Below are positions 14,278-25,237 of a stretch of 64,000 nt of DNA, in pieces; position 1 is the stretch's first letter; each line of letters begins with the position of its first letter. Made by a program: the position numbers and the translations under genes. Source of the DNA: Somniosus microcephalus (Eukaryota); the NCBI GenBank assembly GCA_052327205.1, contig CM126231.1:17236001-17300000 (forward strand), in the 5' to 3' direction. The notes below the pieces were generated by a model. It was not told where the DNA came from, did no database searches, and saw only the letters and a program-made list of their open reading frames with translations.

Positions 14278-15275
14278 AATTTTATGAGGCGGGAGCAGTT
14301 TAGAGAGAGAATTCCAGAGAGTAGGGCTCAGACAGCTGAAGGTTCGGCCACAAATGATGGGGCAAAAGGAGGTATACAAGGGGCCAAAGTTAGAGAAATG
14401 GGGAGCTCGAGAAGGGATATTGGGCTGGGGGGTGGGTGTGGAGATAGGGTGGGTGAGGCACGGGGCGAGAGAATTGATTTTTAACCATTATTTACATACA
14501 AACACACAAACTGGTACTGTACACACACTCTCTCTACCTGCAGTGTGGTTTGTACACATTTCCCTCAGTATGTTAGCATTTTTAGTTTCGCTTTACACTC
14601 TTCATTAAAGATATAATCTTGCTTGAAAAAGATAGATTTTTTTAAACCGTCTCTAATCGCAGAGCGTTATAAATTATCCGCACATAATTCTTTTGTTTTC
14701 CACTCCTTTACGACAACTTTAAACGTTTCAACTAAATAACTTGAAGAGCTGAATTTTTTTTTTAACCTTCACAGGAAAGAAATCCATGAGATTTTTTCCT
14801 TTGCTGATCTCCCACCTGTTAACTCCTCGTCCTCTCACTGTGCGAGAGTTGGGACATCTGCGCACCAGGCTGCTGAAAAACAGTCGGGTTGTTGTGCGAA
14901 CTTAAAAAAAAAAAAAAAAAAAAGTGCAAGGATTTGAAGGCCGTGAGAACAAAGGTGTAAGCATTCCGCAAAATTCCTGAGTGCCGCTTGTTCACTTCCT
15001 TCCTTCTACGGTTCATAACGATACGCTTCGAGTAAGCACAGGTGATCAATCCGTACAGTACAAGGGTAGAATTCGATTCCTCTCGCTCCGACTGCCTGAC
15101 TCAGCCTTGACTCCTTCCCTATATTTATACACAGCTTGTTCACTACAAAAGCAACACACGCTACATGCCATAGACAGGCCTTCATAAGTCCAACGCCTTT
15201 TGCCTCCCCTATGATTAGTTACCTCCTGACTTATCAAGGGCACCACCTTTCTTCCAGAGCAGACTTTGTTCTTAC

Positions 15276-15522
15276 AAAAGCAAAACACTGCGGAGGCTGG
15301 AAATCTGAAATGAACACGGAAAATTGCTGGAAATACTCAGCAGGTCAGGCAGCATCTGTGGAGAGCGAAACAGAGTTAGTGTTTTGGGTCGATGACCTTT
15401 CGTCAGAACTGGAAAAAGTTTGGGATGTAACGGGTTTTAAGCAAGTGCAGAGGCGGGGAGGGGGTGGAAGGAACAAAAGGGAAGGTGTGTGATAGGATGG
15501 AAGGTGGGAGAGTTTAAATGAC
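15276..15522. mobile_element. Interspersed repeat fragment (possibly the terminus of a Penelope-like element)
   Basis: The reverse complement recurs at 41677-41748 as an insertion. The family assignment is from memory and uncertain. Confidence 0.45.
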
Positions 15523-17063
15523 GATGTATTCTTACTATACGCTAGCTAATTAGTAAAGACTAGATAGTTATACATTGATTAATCACACCTGGTTGATGTC
15601 CGTTCTAACCAGCGCGCCCTTCAACAAGAAACCATCTGGAGCGGAATTCAAGTTCCATCTTCTCCTCGTGTGTTTGCTGGTCCATTGATCACTTTCGGTT
15701 GCTACAGTTCATTATTGACTCTCAACTCTCCCAATGTGTCCAACACAGCTGGACTGCAGGGCTGTGTAGCCGAGAGTCCCTCTCCTCTCCCCCCCCCCCC
15801 CCCACTCTCCTCTCCCTCCCCCCCCCCCCCCTCTCCCCTCCCCTCCAGTGTGGAGGGGAAGCTCTCGGGGCAAACTGCTGTCCTCTGCTCTTAAATATCT
15901 CATGGTCGTTTGTAACGCTTGAATCAGCAGCAACCTTGGATCAGACTGTGTGCATTCTCACTCAGCGATCGTAGGGTTTAAAAGATGAGGGTAAATTGCA
16001 CCCCCAACCCCCCCCCCCCCCAAAGGAAAATCTTTCCGATCTTAATCACAGCACTTGCTGAACAAGCTATTTGGAATCTGCGTTTGTTCAGTTAACGGAG
16101 CGAGAGGTTTCTGTCTCCTGATGTACTGGTGGGTTTCTGTCTGTTCACCAGCATAGGTGTGTGTAAGTTGTGAGTGAGAATGGACTTTCCCATACTCCTG
16201 GTTGATGGGGATTATGTGGATGGTTTGGAACAAGGGAGGAAGGCAGAGACGGGAAATTTACAAACCTCAGTGATATACCATGTTAGTGGAAAGCAGCTAC
16301 AACAGCTTTCAGGCAGAACAGGATTGCAGACATTGGCTTGTAAGGTTGGTAAAATCCTTTCAAAGTGCGGAGTTAATAAGGTTTTTGCTGCAAGTAGACC
16401 AAGTCTACAAGTTCACCGTTTCTCTTCAATTCATAATGTTCTGCATCAAACTTACCGTATGAAAAATCTGCCAGATTGCCTGAACTTTTAGAAAGAATGT
16501 GCAATTCCTGGTTATCTGCTGCAACTTACTCCTTGATAAACTCGCCATAGGGTTGCGGTCCCCAAATCTGCTGTCGACTTCCGTCCAGTCAACACAGCAC
16601 GAGAGTTACACTGGCAGCCCGTGTCAGAACTGGACTCCAAAAAAAGGGAACGGAAACCCCCCAATCTAATATTATGAGGTTGCGAAGGGGCAAGCACTGG
16701 GGAGCTCTTTCGAGGCTGCATGTCCAGCTTGTGGGGTTTAGACGATTGGTGCAAAAACCGGCCCAGCCTCGTGCCATTACTAAGAGAAATGCTTAGAACC
16801 ACTGCAACTGAATCAGGGGCCTGAACCATTTGCAAGTGTGCATCGTTCTCGATGCAGCGGTCAAAGACGGCGGTGAATTGTGGTTTTTAATGCAAGAGGA
16901 GCGTTCAGCTGACCAGACAGATGTGCACCAGGATTCGAGCGGCGCTGCTACAGGCGTGTAGTGCAATTCTGCCGCCGCGAGTGAATTTAGTGTGTGGTTA
17001 AGCAGTGCTGAGTTGAGCGTGTTTTGCTGACGTTGCTTGCTTTCTTTTTATTCCCGTCGACAG

Positions 17064-17135
17064 TGGGCAGACAGACCACTGCGCCAGCTACAATGACAGC
17101 TGCCGCCAGCGCGACTGTTGGTCTCGTTGAACAAG
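17064..17135 (+). CDS. CAMK2B: CaMKII beta variable-linker exon I ([24 protein letters not shown]), homologue of the F-actin-association exon
   Basis: gacAG acceptor, GTAGAC donor, 72 nt, phase 1-1. Closely resembles mammalian beta [25 protein letters not shown] and identifies the paralogue. Confidence 0.93.
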
Positions 17136-19847
17136 GTAGACGTGTGCGGGCGGACACTGCAGGTGGAGGGCATGCTCAGAACTAACGCTCTGCTTTCATA
17201 CCTTGTGAATGTACCCTACCTCGTGTGTCTGTTGTCTGGATATTTCCAACCTATTTTAACCGGCTGGGCAGCAAGGAGAGGCTTTGGGTGATTTTGTTTT
17301 TAACACGAGGGCCGTCTCGGAAATCAGTTCAGGAACTTCCATTGAAGGCACTTCAGCCGAATGGGTACCGCTCTGAATTAAGATCACTTGTGAACGAGGT
17401 AGTCCCTGGGACCAATCCTTGAGCTGCTTGTGATGCCACACAACTTAACCTACTCTTTTTGGACAAAAACACACTTTAGTCTAAACATTAATGTACAACC
17501 AGTGCCATTCTTCTGCTCTGTAATGCACTGTTTCCACGAGTGGCTCAAGTTGATCCCAGTAAACTCCTGCTCTGACCAGAGGCACTGCCGTACAGTTAGA
17601 ACTCGGAAAGCCAGCAAGTTCTCGGTTGTTTCAACCGATGGTCTGTGCCAATTCCATTGAGTTCACGCCTTGATGGACAGTTCCAAAAGCGAGCCACTGA
17701 AATGGTTGCGCACTGTGTGGTACCGTCTAGACTGGAAAGTCCATTTGCTGCAGTCATTTTGGTTTACGCGTTTTTTAACCTCATCGGCTCTAAGTGTCTG
17801 TCTTGTTTGGTGCAGCCCAGTGTGCACGCCCTTGTCCTGCCCACCTGTGCAACGTTTTATGTACACTATTGTTAGCGCTATTACCGTAGCCTGATCGACA
17901 GGTGTGGGTTTTTTAGTCATTGCAAAATGAGTTAGATTTCCTCAATTTTAATTTGCAGTCGCAGCCAGGTTGAGCAAGAGTGTTTGGTGTTGGCGTGTCC
18001 TTGTACTTGGCCTCTGGGGAGCTCACCTCCAACTTAATTTCTCAGAGTAACGGTCCGTCGTTATGGGCAGGGAAGGACTTGACGTAGAATATCCGGACGT
18101 GGCTGGTGTTCAAACCTCATGAGGTTGGAATGCTGCCTGTCCCACTCATGTCTGGATACATACCGAGCACACAGTGGATGTCTGGCCAAAAGAACACTCT
18201 GAAACTCTTGCACTCCCCCTTGGTTCAGTGGATGAGAGCACCATTTGATGCGTTACTGAGTCATACGGACCAGAAAACCTCCCCAGCCCCCAGTCGAATC
18301 CCTTGTCTGCACTGAGTAACCTGACCTTAGCTGGGGCAGTGATGAAGGCATTAACATTGACTTTGTCATCCTGAGGTGAATGGCCAGCCTGGGCCCCTGA
18401 GCCTGACTGATGACCCAGCGATCCCAGCTGGGAAGTGTGGACATTGAATGAGGGTAGCGTTGGGCTTGGGCATGACGCCCCTCAAGGTGGCATGGCCTGC
18501 TGACACTCAGTCTTTCAGATATAGATGGTGCAAGTGTCTACTACATGAGTCATGCCTTCAGGAAGGGAAGGAAGGACATTTTTGGGGGGGGGAATGGTGG
18601 CGGAGGTTGAAGGTATTTGCACACCCTGTAGGTGATAATGTAGTGTCAGTATAGTGTGAGGATAATTTTCTCTTGCAAAAACTGCAGTCAAATATTTTTT
18701 CAGAATATCAAGAGTGATCAAGTTCTTCCTTAATAAGCCACAAAAACTTCTGCTAGCAATAAGAGATTCCTGCAGATAAACACACAGTGCGTGAGACATG
18801 CAGAGTAGATTTTAATAATATTTACCGTAAGTGCCAAGACTTTTGTTAACAAACCTCATTTAAGCAGCGCTCTTTGACATTATTAACACAACAGTGTTGG
18901 GTAGGCAGCAAGAGCAGCCTGATGTCTGAATTCCCAATTCTTACCAAGTCTTTGAAAGACCGTTGTCAAATCCAAACCGGTTTGGTTATCCTTAACCAGT
19001 TACGGTAACAATTACAGTTGGCCAGTCCGAGTTACCGCTCTTGGTTATAAAGCCACTGAGGCAGCTGTAATGGTGGAATATCCGGCCAGGGCTGTCTCGC
19101 CCTCTGCAGAATGAGATGGGGGTGGGGGAGGGAGTAGAACTTTGGGGAGAGGGAGGGGAAGGTATACTCGGAGGGAGTAGACGTGTTTACACCTCACCGA
19201 CTTTGTTTGTGATCTTGTTGCTTTGGAGTGTCGGTGGCTGTACTTGCACTTTTGAAAGGTGAATGCTGCATGCCAAAAAGAGCGAGCCGAGTGTGCATGC
19301 GAGAACGGGCCTGCTTGCTCTGGTTTGTTGTGTTACTAGGTTATTTCTCCCTGTCGCAGCGTTCTCATGGCATCGGGATGAGTCGCATGTGTGGTGGTAA
19401 GATCATACGAAAGCCCTCTTTACAAGGTCACTTGCGCTGGAGGGGGTTAAGCACGCGATCTCTGAAGTAGCTATTCTGCTCTTGAGTGGCTTAAATGGAG
19501 ACAGCATGCTGCTTCAGATTAAGATTGGTGCTTTGGTTGAGAGAGCTATGTTGCGCACAACACCATGAAACCAGTCTAAGATCACCGAGAAATCGCTCAC
19601 CATTTTCCACTCCAAGCAGCACGTGACCTCCGTCATCGCTCTGTCAATACAGACAGGTGGCTGGCTGCCAAGAAGCCAACAAAAGCAGTCTGCATTGACT
19701 GTGAAATGGATTTTGCAACCTTCCTCTGTTGGACAAGCTATTGGTCTCCATTCGCATATTCCCCCCGCCCCACCAAATGAGGTCGGCATCTCACAGATCC
19801 TCCCAAACAAACCACCTGAATTCAGCATCTTGTTCCTTCCTCTCAGT

Positions 19848-21281
19848 AATCCAACTGGGATATCCTCCTCCATCCCTCAACAATCCAACTGGGATACCCT
19901 CCTCCATCCCTCAACAATCCAACTGGGATACCCGCCTCCGTCCCTCAACAATCCAACTGGGATACCCGCCTCCATCCCTCAACAATCCAACTGGGGTACC
20001 CGCCTCCATCCCTCAACAATCCAACTGGGATACCCACCTCCATCCCTCAACAATCCAACTGGGATACCCTCCTCCGTCCCTCAACAATCCAACTGGGATA
20101 CCCGCCTCCGTCCCTCAACAATCCAACTGGGATACCCTCCTCCGTCCCTCAACAATCCAACTGGGATACCCTCCTCCACCCCTCAACAATCCAACTGGGA
20201 TACCCGCCTCCATCCCTCAACAATCCAACTGGGATACCCTCCTCCGTCCCTCAACAATCCAACTGGGATACCCTCCTCAGTCCCTCAACAATCCAACTGG
20301 GATACCCTCCTCCGTCCCTCAACAATCCAACTGGGGTACCCTCCTCCGTCCCTCAACAATCCAACTGGGATACCCGCCTCCGTCCCTCAACAATCCAACT
20401 GGGATACCCTCCTCCGTCCCTCAACAATCCAACTGGGATACCCTCCTCCACCCCTCAACAATCCAACTGGGATACCCGCCTCCATCCCTCAACAATCCAA
20501 CTGGGATACCCTCCTCCATCCCTCAACAATCCAACTGGGATACCCTCCTCAGTCCCTCAACAATCCAACTGGGATACCCTCCTCCGTCCCTCAACAATCC
20601 AACTGGGATACCCTCCTCCATCCCTCAACAATCCAACTGGGATACCCTCCTCCATCCCTCAACAATCCAACTGGGATACCCTCCTCCATCCCTCAACAAT
20701 CCAACTGGGATACCCTCCTCCATCCCTCAACAATCCAACTGGGATACCCTCCTCCGTCCCTCAACAATCCAACTGGGATACCCTCCTCCATCCCTCAACA
20801 ATCCAACTGGGATACCCGCCTCCGTCCCTCAACAATCCAACTGGGATACCCTCCTCCGTCCCTCAACAATCCAACTGGGATACCCGCCTCCGTCCCTCAA
20901 CAATCCAACTGGGATACCCTCCTCCGTCCCTCAACAATCCAACTGGGATACCCTCCTCCGTCCCTCAACAATCCAACTGGGATACCCTCCTCCGTCCCTC
21001 AACAATCCAACTGGGATACCCTCCTCCATCCCTCAACAATCCAACTGGGATACCCTCCTCCATCCCTCAACAATCCAACTGGGATACCCTCCTCCGTCCC
21101 TCAACAATCCAACTGGGATACCCTCCTCCGTCCCTCAACAATCCAGCTGGGATACCCTCCTCCATCCCTCAACAATCCAACTGGGATACCCGCCTCCGTC
21201 CCTCAACAATCCAACTGGGATACCCTCCTCCGTCCCTCAACAATCCAACTGGGATACCCTCCTCCGTCCCTCAACAATCCA
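19848..21281. repeat. Minisatellite, 34-bp unit (ccaactgggataccctcctccRtccctcaacaat), about 42 copies
   Basis: Direct tandem periodicity. Produces the 625-aa and 557-aa repetitive ORFs. Confidence 0.97.
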
Positions 21282-23067
21282 AACCTCTTCTCCCCTGCCC
21301 CTACTTCCAACAAAACTCCCCACTGTGATCCAACTCCGATCAAGATCTCTTCCCCTCCGCCCGCACCTCCCCGTCCCCCCACCTCCCCAAACAATCCAGT
21401 GAGATCAGCACCTGACCATAGGAGGAAATCACAACCACAAGCTTATTGTCACCAGGACGATGGAGGCCCCTCCTATCCCCAGTGTTCGTGTCGGAGTTAA
21501 AGACTTTTTCACTTCTTAATTCTTCACCATTTAGAGCTGCCCTTAAAAAATCTCATGGCATTAGTAAATTGATCTAACCCGGCATCATTGACTCTTCTCC
21601 CAAACAAAAGGAAGACTTTTTGACCCTTGTTTAAAGGGGCATGCGAATCCTCCTCTTTGTCCTCATGTTCTATCGTTTGCCCAATTGTGGTCTCAGACCC
21701 TGCTTTTCGGATCTCTTGCCCTGGAGACATCTCCAGTCAGGAGATGCCGACTCAGAGGAATCGTTCTCTCCGAGAGCTGCCAAGGGTTGTAAGTTTTACT
21801 TGTCTTGAGTGTGATGACCAAGGGGCAATTGTAAATGGGGCTGACGTAATGATCCAACTCCACTAAAATAATGCTACAGATGGATAGTCGTAACCATGGG
21901 AACATGGAGACCCATTGAACATTGATGAACTATCGAAAACTAGCCACTATCTGATTTAATTTCTTGTCTTTCTCTTTTGATTTTTCTGTCTCCTTGACTC
22001 AACCTCTAATTATTGCAAGGTAAGGAAGGCTCCCATCAGGGCTTCTTTACCATTCCAACAAGCTCCGTTCTTACTCTGCTAAGATTGATTTGTTTTTGCC
22101 CTAACCCCTCTCTCTCGTTTTCTCTTCCTTTTACTGTTATTATCACCTCGGTTTAGGCACATTCATGCCTTAACTGATGTGTACATTGGGAGCAACACAT
22201 TAATTAATTAAGATCTGTTGTTGGGTTTAGTTTGACGTTTTTAAGGTTTCTAAAAATGTGCTCTCCTTTCTTCGTGGGGAGGGAGGCCTACCTGTTGTAG
22301 ACATTGAAACTATCCTTCAGTTTGGTTTTGCAATGGTTTGAAGATGTAGAGCAACGTCCTTGACACTTGAAAACATTTAACTTTGAACCACAATGACTGA
22401 GTGCGTGCACATCCATGCACAGTGTTGTACTGGAGACTGGCACTGGGACTGGGGCTTGTAGCCTAGTTTCTTTTAACACCTAGCGAAATCAAGCCCAGCT
22501 CAAATCACACAGTAAAATAGCGCCACAGTTCTTGCCTGGTTCCAAAGGAAAGCTGAAAGTTTTGATGTGTTTAAACCACTTGGGATTCTGAATTTACTCA
22601 ACGCTCTCGTTTTTATCATCAATTCATTTCCCAGTTGGCGAGAACTGTACCGAACCAGGCGTTAGGTGCAGGGTCATAGCCTTCTCTTTAAACGCCTGTG
22701 TACAGTGTTGGGCTTAGCCATTGGCCCAAGCGTCCAATGGATGGTTGTCCTTACACAGTGGGGACAACTGGACACAATCTTGGCACAAGCGTAATCTCGA
22801 GTCTCTCAACGTTTTGGGAAGGGGTGTGATTTATGCTCCATTTCTGTGCTGTTGTAACATTGATCTCTGCGGCCAATTTCAGAGAAGGTGCTAGAGATTG
22901 CAGTTGACCTTAAGGTCACACCAGACAGCGTGTAGCAGCTGTGGAACACGAACCTGAAAAACATCCCAGCTGGGATTTGCTGACCGTTGTTTTGTGTGTA
23001 CTGTTTTACGAGGCAGTGAACAGCTCCACAAAATGTAAACGAGCAAAAATGACCTGCTCAACCATAA

Positions 23068-23310
23068 TTCATTCATGGGATGTCGGCGTCGCTGGCAAGG
23101 CCGGCATTTATTGCCTATCCCTGGTTGCCCGTGAGAAGGTGGTGGTGGTGAGTCGCCGCCTTGAACCGCTGCAGTCCATGTGGTGAAGGTGCTCCCACAG
23201 TGCTGGTAGATAAGGAGTGTTCCACGGTATATGACCAAGTCAATATGGCGTGTGACTTGGAGGTGATGGTGTTCCCATGCGCCTGCTGCCCTTATCCTTT
23301 GGAGGTCGTG
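23068..23310 (-). mobile_element. LINE 3'-end fragment
   Basis: Same sequence as 27838-28150 (cattcatgggatgt...gaaccgctgcagtcc...gttcccatgcgcctgctgccc). Confidence 0.7.
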
Positions 23311-25196
23311 GATTTGGGAATATCAGGTTTGAGTAGTGCACAATTCAGCCAGAGATAGCTAAGAGGAAAGAACTATTTGTTCCCTATTTGTAGCAAGATA
23401 CTGAATGCGCTTTTTATTCGCACGCTCACAGAATGTCAAAAGGGAACATCTTTCCCCCAGGTGTCAAGTGGAACCAACTGACCTTGCTAAAAATCTGAGC
23501 AAAGCAAACCGTGTCCATTATAGTCCCCCTCCAAGGTGATTATTATCGTACATATAGGAACATTTCCCCCCCCCCAGGTTTTTTTTTGTTGAAAAATAAC
23601 AATGTGTTTGTTGAACTGCAGTTTTTGTGTCTGTGGGAAGAGTTTTTTCATCTCGCATCCACTACAGGAAGACTCCTGGTTTGAAGTTGCTGTTTTTGAG
23701 AGCAGTTTGAATTTTGCTGTGATCCTACAAGGGTGTCCCCTCGCACCATTTGAGCTGCACACCAGCTGCAGTATAACGGTGTGCAGCCATTCTTTTAAGG
23801 TTCAACAGTGAAGTTGACCAGATCCCAGGCAATTCACTGCTAGCAGACAGGTCCAGTCCCAGAGTGTGTCACAGAGCGTTGATTCAAGGCTCGTCGCTCT
23901 CCCAGGATGTTGTTGTGAATTAGTCCTTTTCAGACCGGACAGTCCACAAACTGTCCTCTCAACAGGAAGACGAAACAGAGAAAAGAGCATCGACGCTGAG
24001 TTTAAAACAGCTGTCGCTCCGGTTGACACTAATCTTGGGGTAAGATTTCCAACACAAAGGTTAAGATTTGCTCCATAAGAAATCAGCTGTATTTTAAGTA
24101 AAACATAGCTGAATAAAATGTCCGTGGTAGGTTACTGAATGTACTGTGGCTAATAAATTCATCACTGCTCTATGAACTTGAAGAGGATGCAACAGTGAGC
24201 TCCTCCCAGTCACAGTCTTGTGAAAGTTTGAAGAAGAATACAACGATTTAGTTCAGAGATACCTGAGAAAAAGCCAACCTTGGTGTGTGGTGATTGAATG
24301 GGTAGTGTCTCCTGGAAGATTGATTGGCATACGGCCTTTGCACTTAGTGACAGATCAGTTACCCATTTGTACACTTCTTAAATTAACTGCCCGCCCATGA
24401 GAGGCTCCCATTGCACCACCAAAGACCATAGTTTTACAGGGATTTGTGCAAGGGTTTGAATCTCTTGGGTAGAACTAGAATGGTATTGCACGTAATTTCA
24501 GTAGTGCATTGATCTGATTGTACGAGTGTGATGTTTATACCTAATCCAACTTTTTGTTCCACAGTTTATTTACTCTTTAAGGGGATTCGCACCATCGATA
24601 TCCCAGTTGAAAAATCAAACTGTTACAGAACAGTTGGGATAACCTTGGACAACCTCTTGTTTAAATATGGTAGATTAATGTAAACGTGGGGGAGAAATGG
24701 TGGCGCCTGACCATGCGAGTGAACCAAACACGACGACCCCTTTAACCGTCTTCCCTTTTCGTGGTGAGCTCTCTTGCTGCATGGCTCGCGACTGCTTCCC
24801 CAGGCCAGTGCTTTGAGGTGGGGTGGAATTCTCTCGACTAGCAAAGGGGCTCCAGAAGCACTCTGGCAGCTCGGCCATTTGTAGAGGGACTCGCCTGGTG
24901 TTTTAAGGTGAAGTGCGTGCAGCCATGGGGCGCCACTGTTGGACCCGTGTGAGCCGCAGGAAAAACAGGTGAGTCAAAGACCCTGCCTGCCCTGCGAATG
25001 ACACCTAGCTTCTGGCGTTCCCCAGCTGGTTGACTTGTCTTTGATAGTGTGTTGAATTTCCAGTGGTTACAGCAATGTTGCCACGTACTAGTGCAAATGG
25101 TGACGGTTTTATTATACCCGGACAGGGCAGTCGTGTCTTTAATCTACAAACTGAGATGAAAGTAATTTTCTTTTTTTTTTCTTTTCCAAAATACAG

Positions 25197-25237
25197 CAGC
25201 CAAAAGTTTACTAAACAAGAAGGTCGATGGAGTAAAG
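25197..25237 (+). CDS. CAMK2B: CaMKII beta linker exon II ((A)AKSLLNKKVDGVK) with tandem CAGCAG acceptor (start 25197 or 25200)
   Basis: Long T tract, tacAGcAG acceptor, GTAGGT donor. Matches AKSLLNKKADGVK. Confidence 0.94.

Noticed and set aside
14775-14905. Acceptor-like ttcacAG followed by an open stretch (GKKSMRFFPLL...)
   Set aside because: It reaches a stop before any convincing in-phase donor and shows no similarity to CaMKII.
19848-21281. CRISPR-like appearance of the 31-34 bp repeats (also at 34680 and 37441)
   Set aside because: Units are head-to-tail with no unique spacers, there are no cas genes, and the context is a vertebrate intron.
19623-21500. 625-aa and 557-aa ORFs with 34-aa periodicity
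   Set aside because: They are translations of a stop-free 34-bp minisatellite. The same peptide appears in every frame and there is no exon context.
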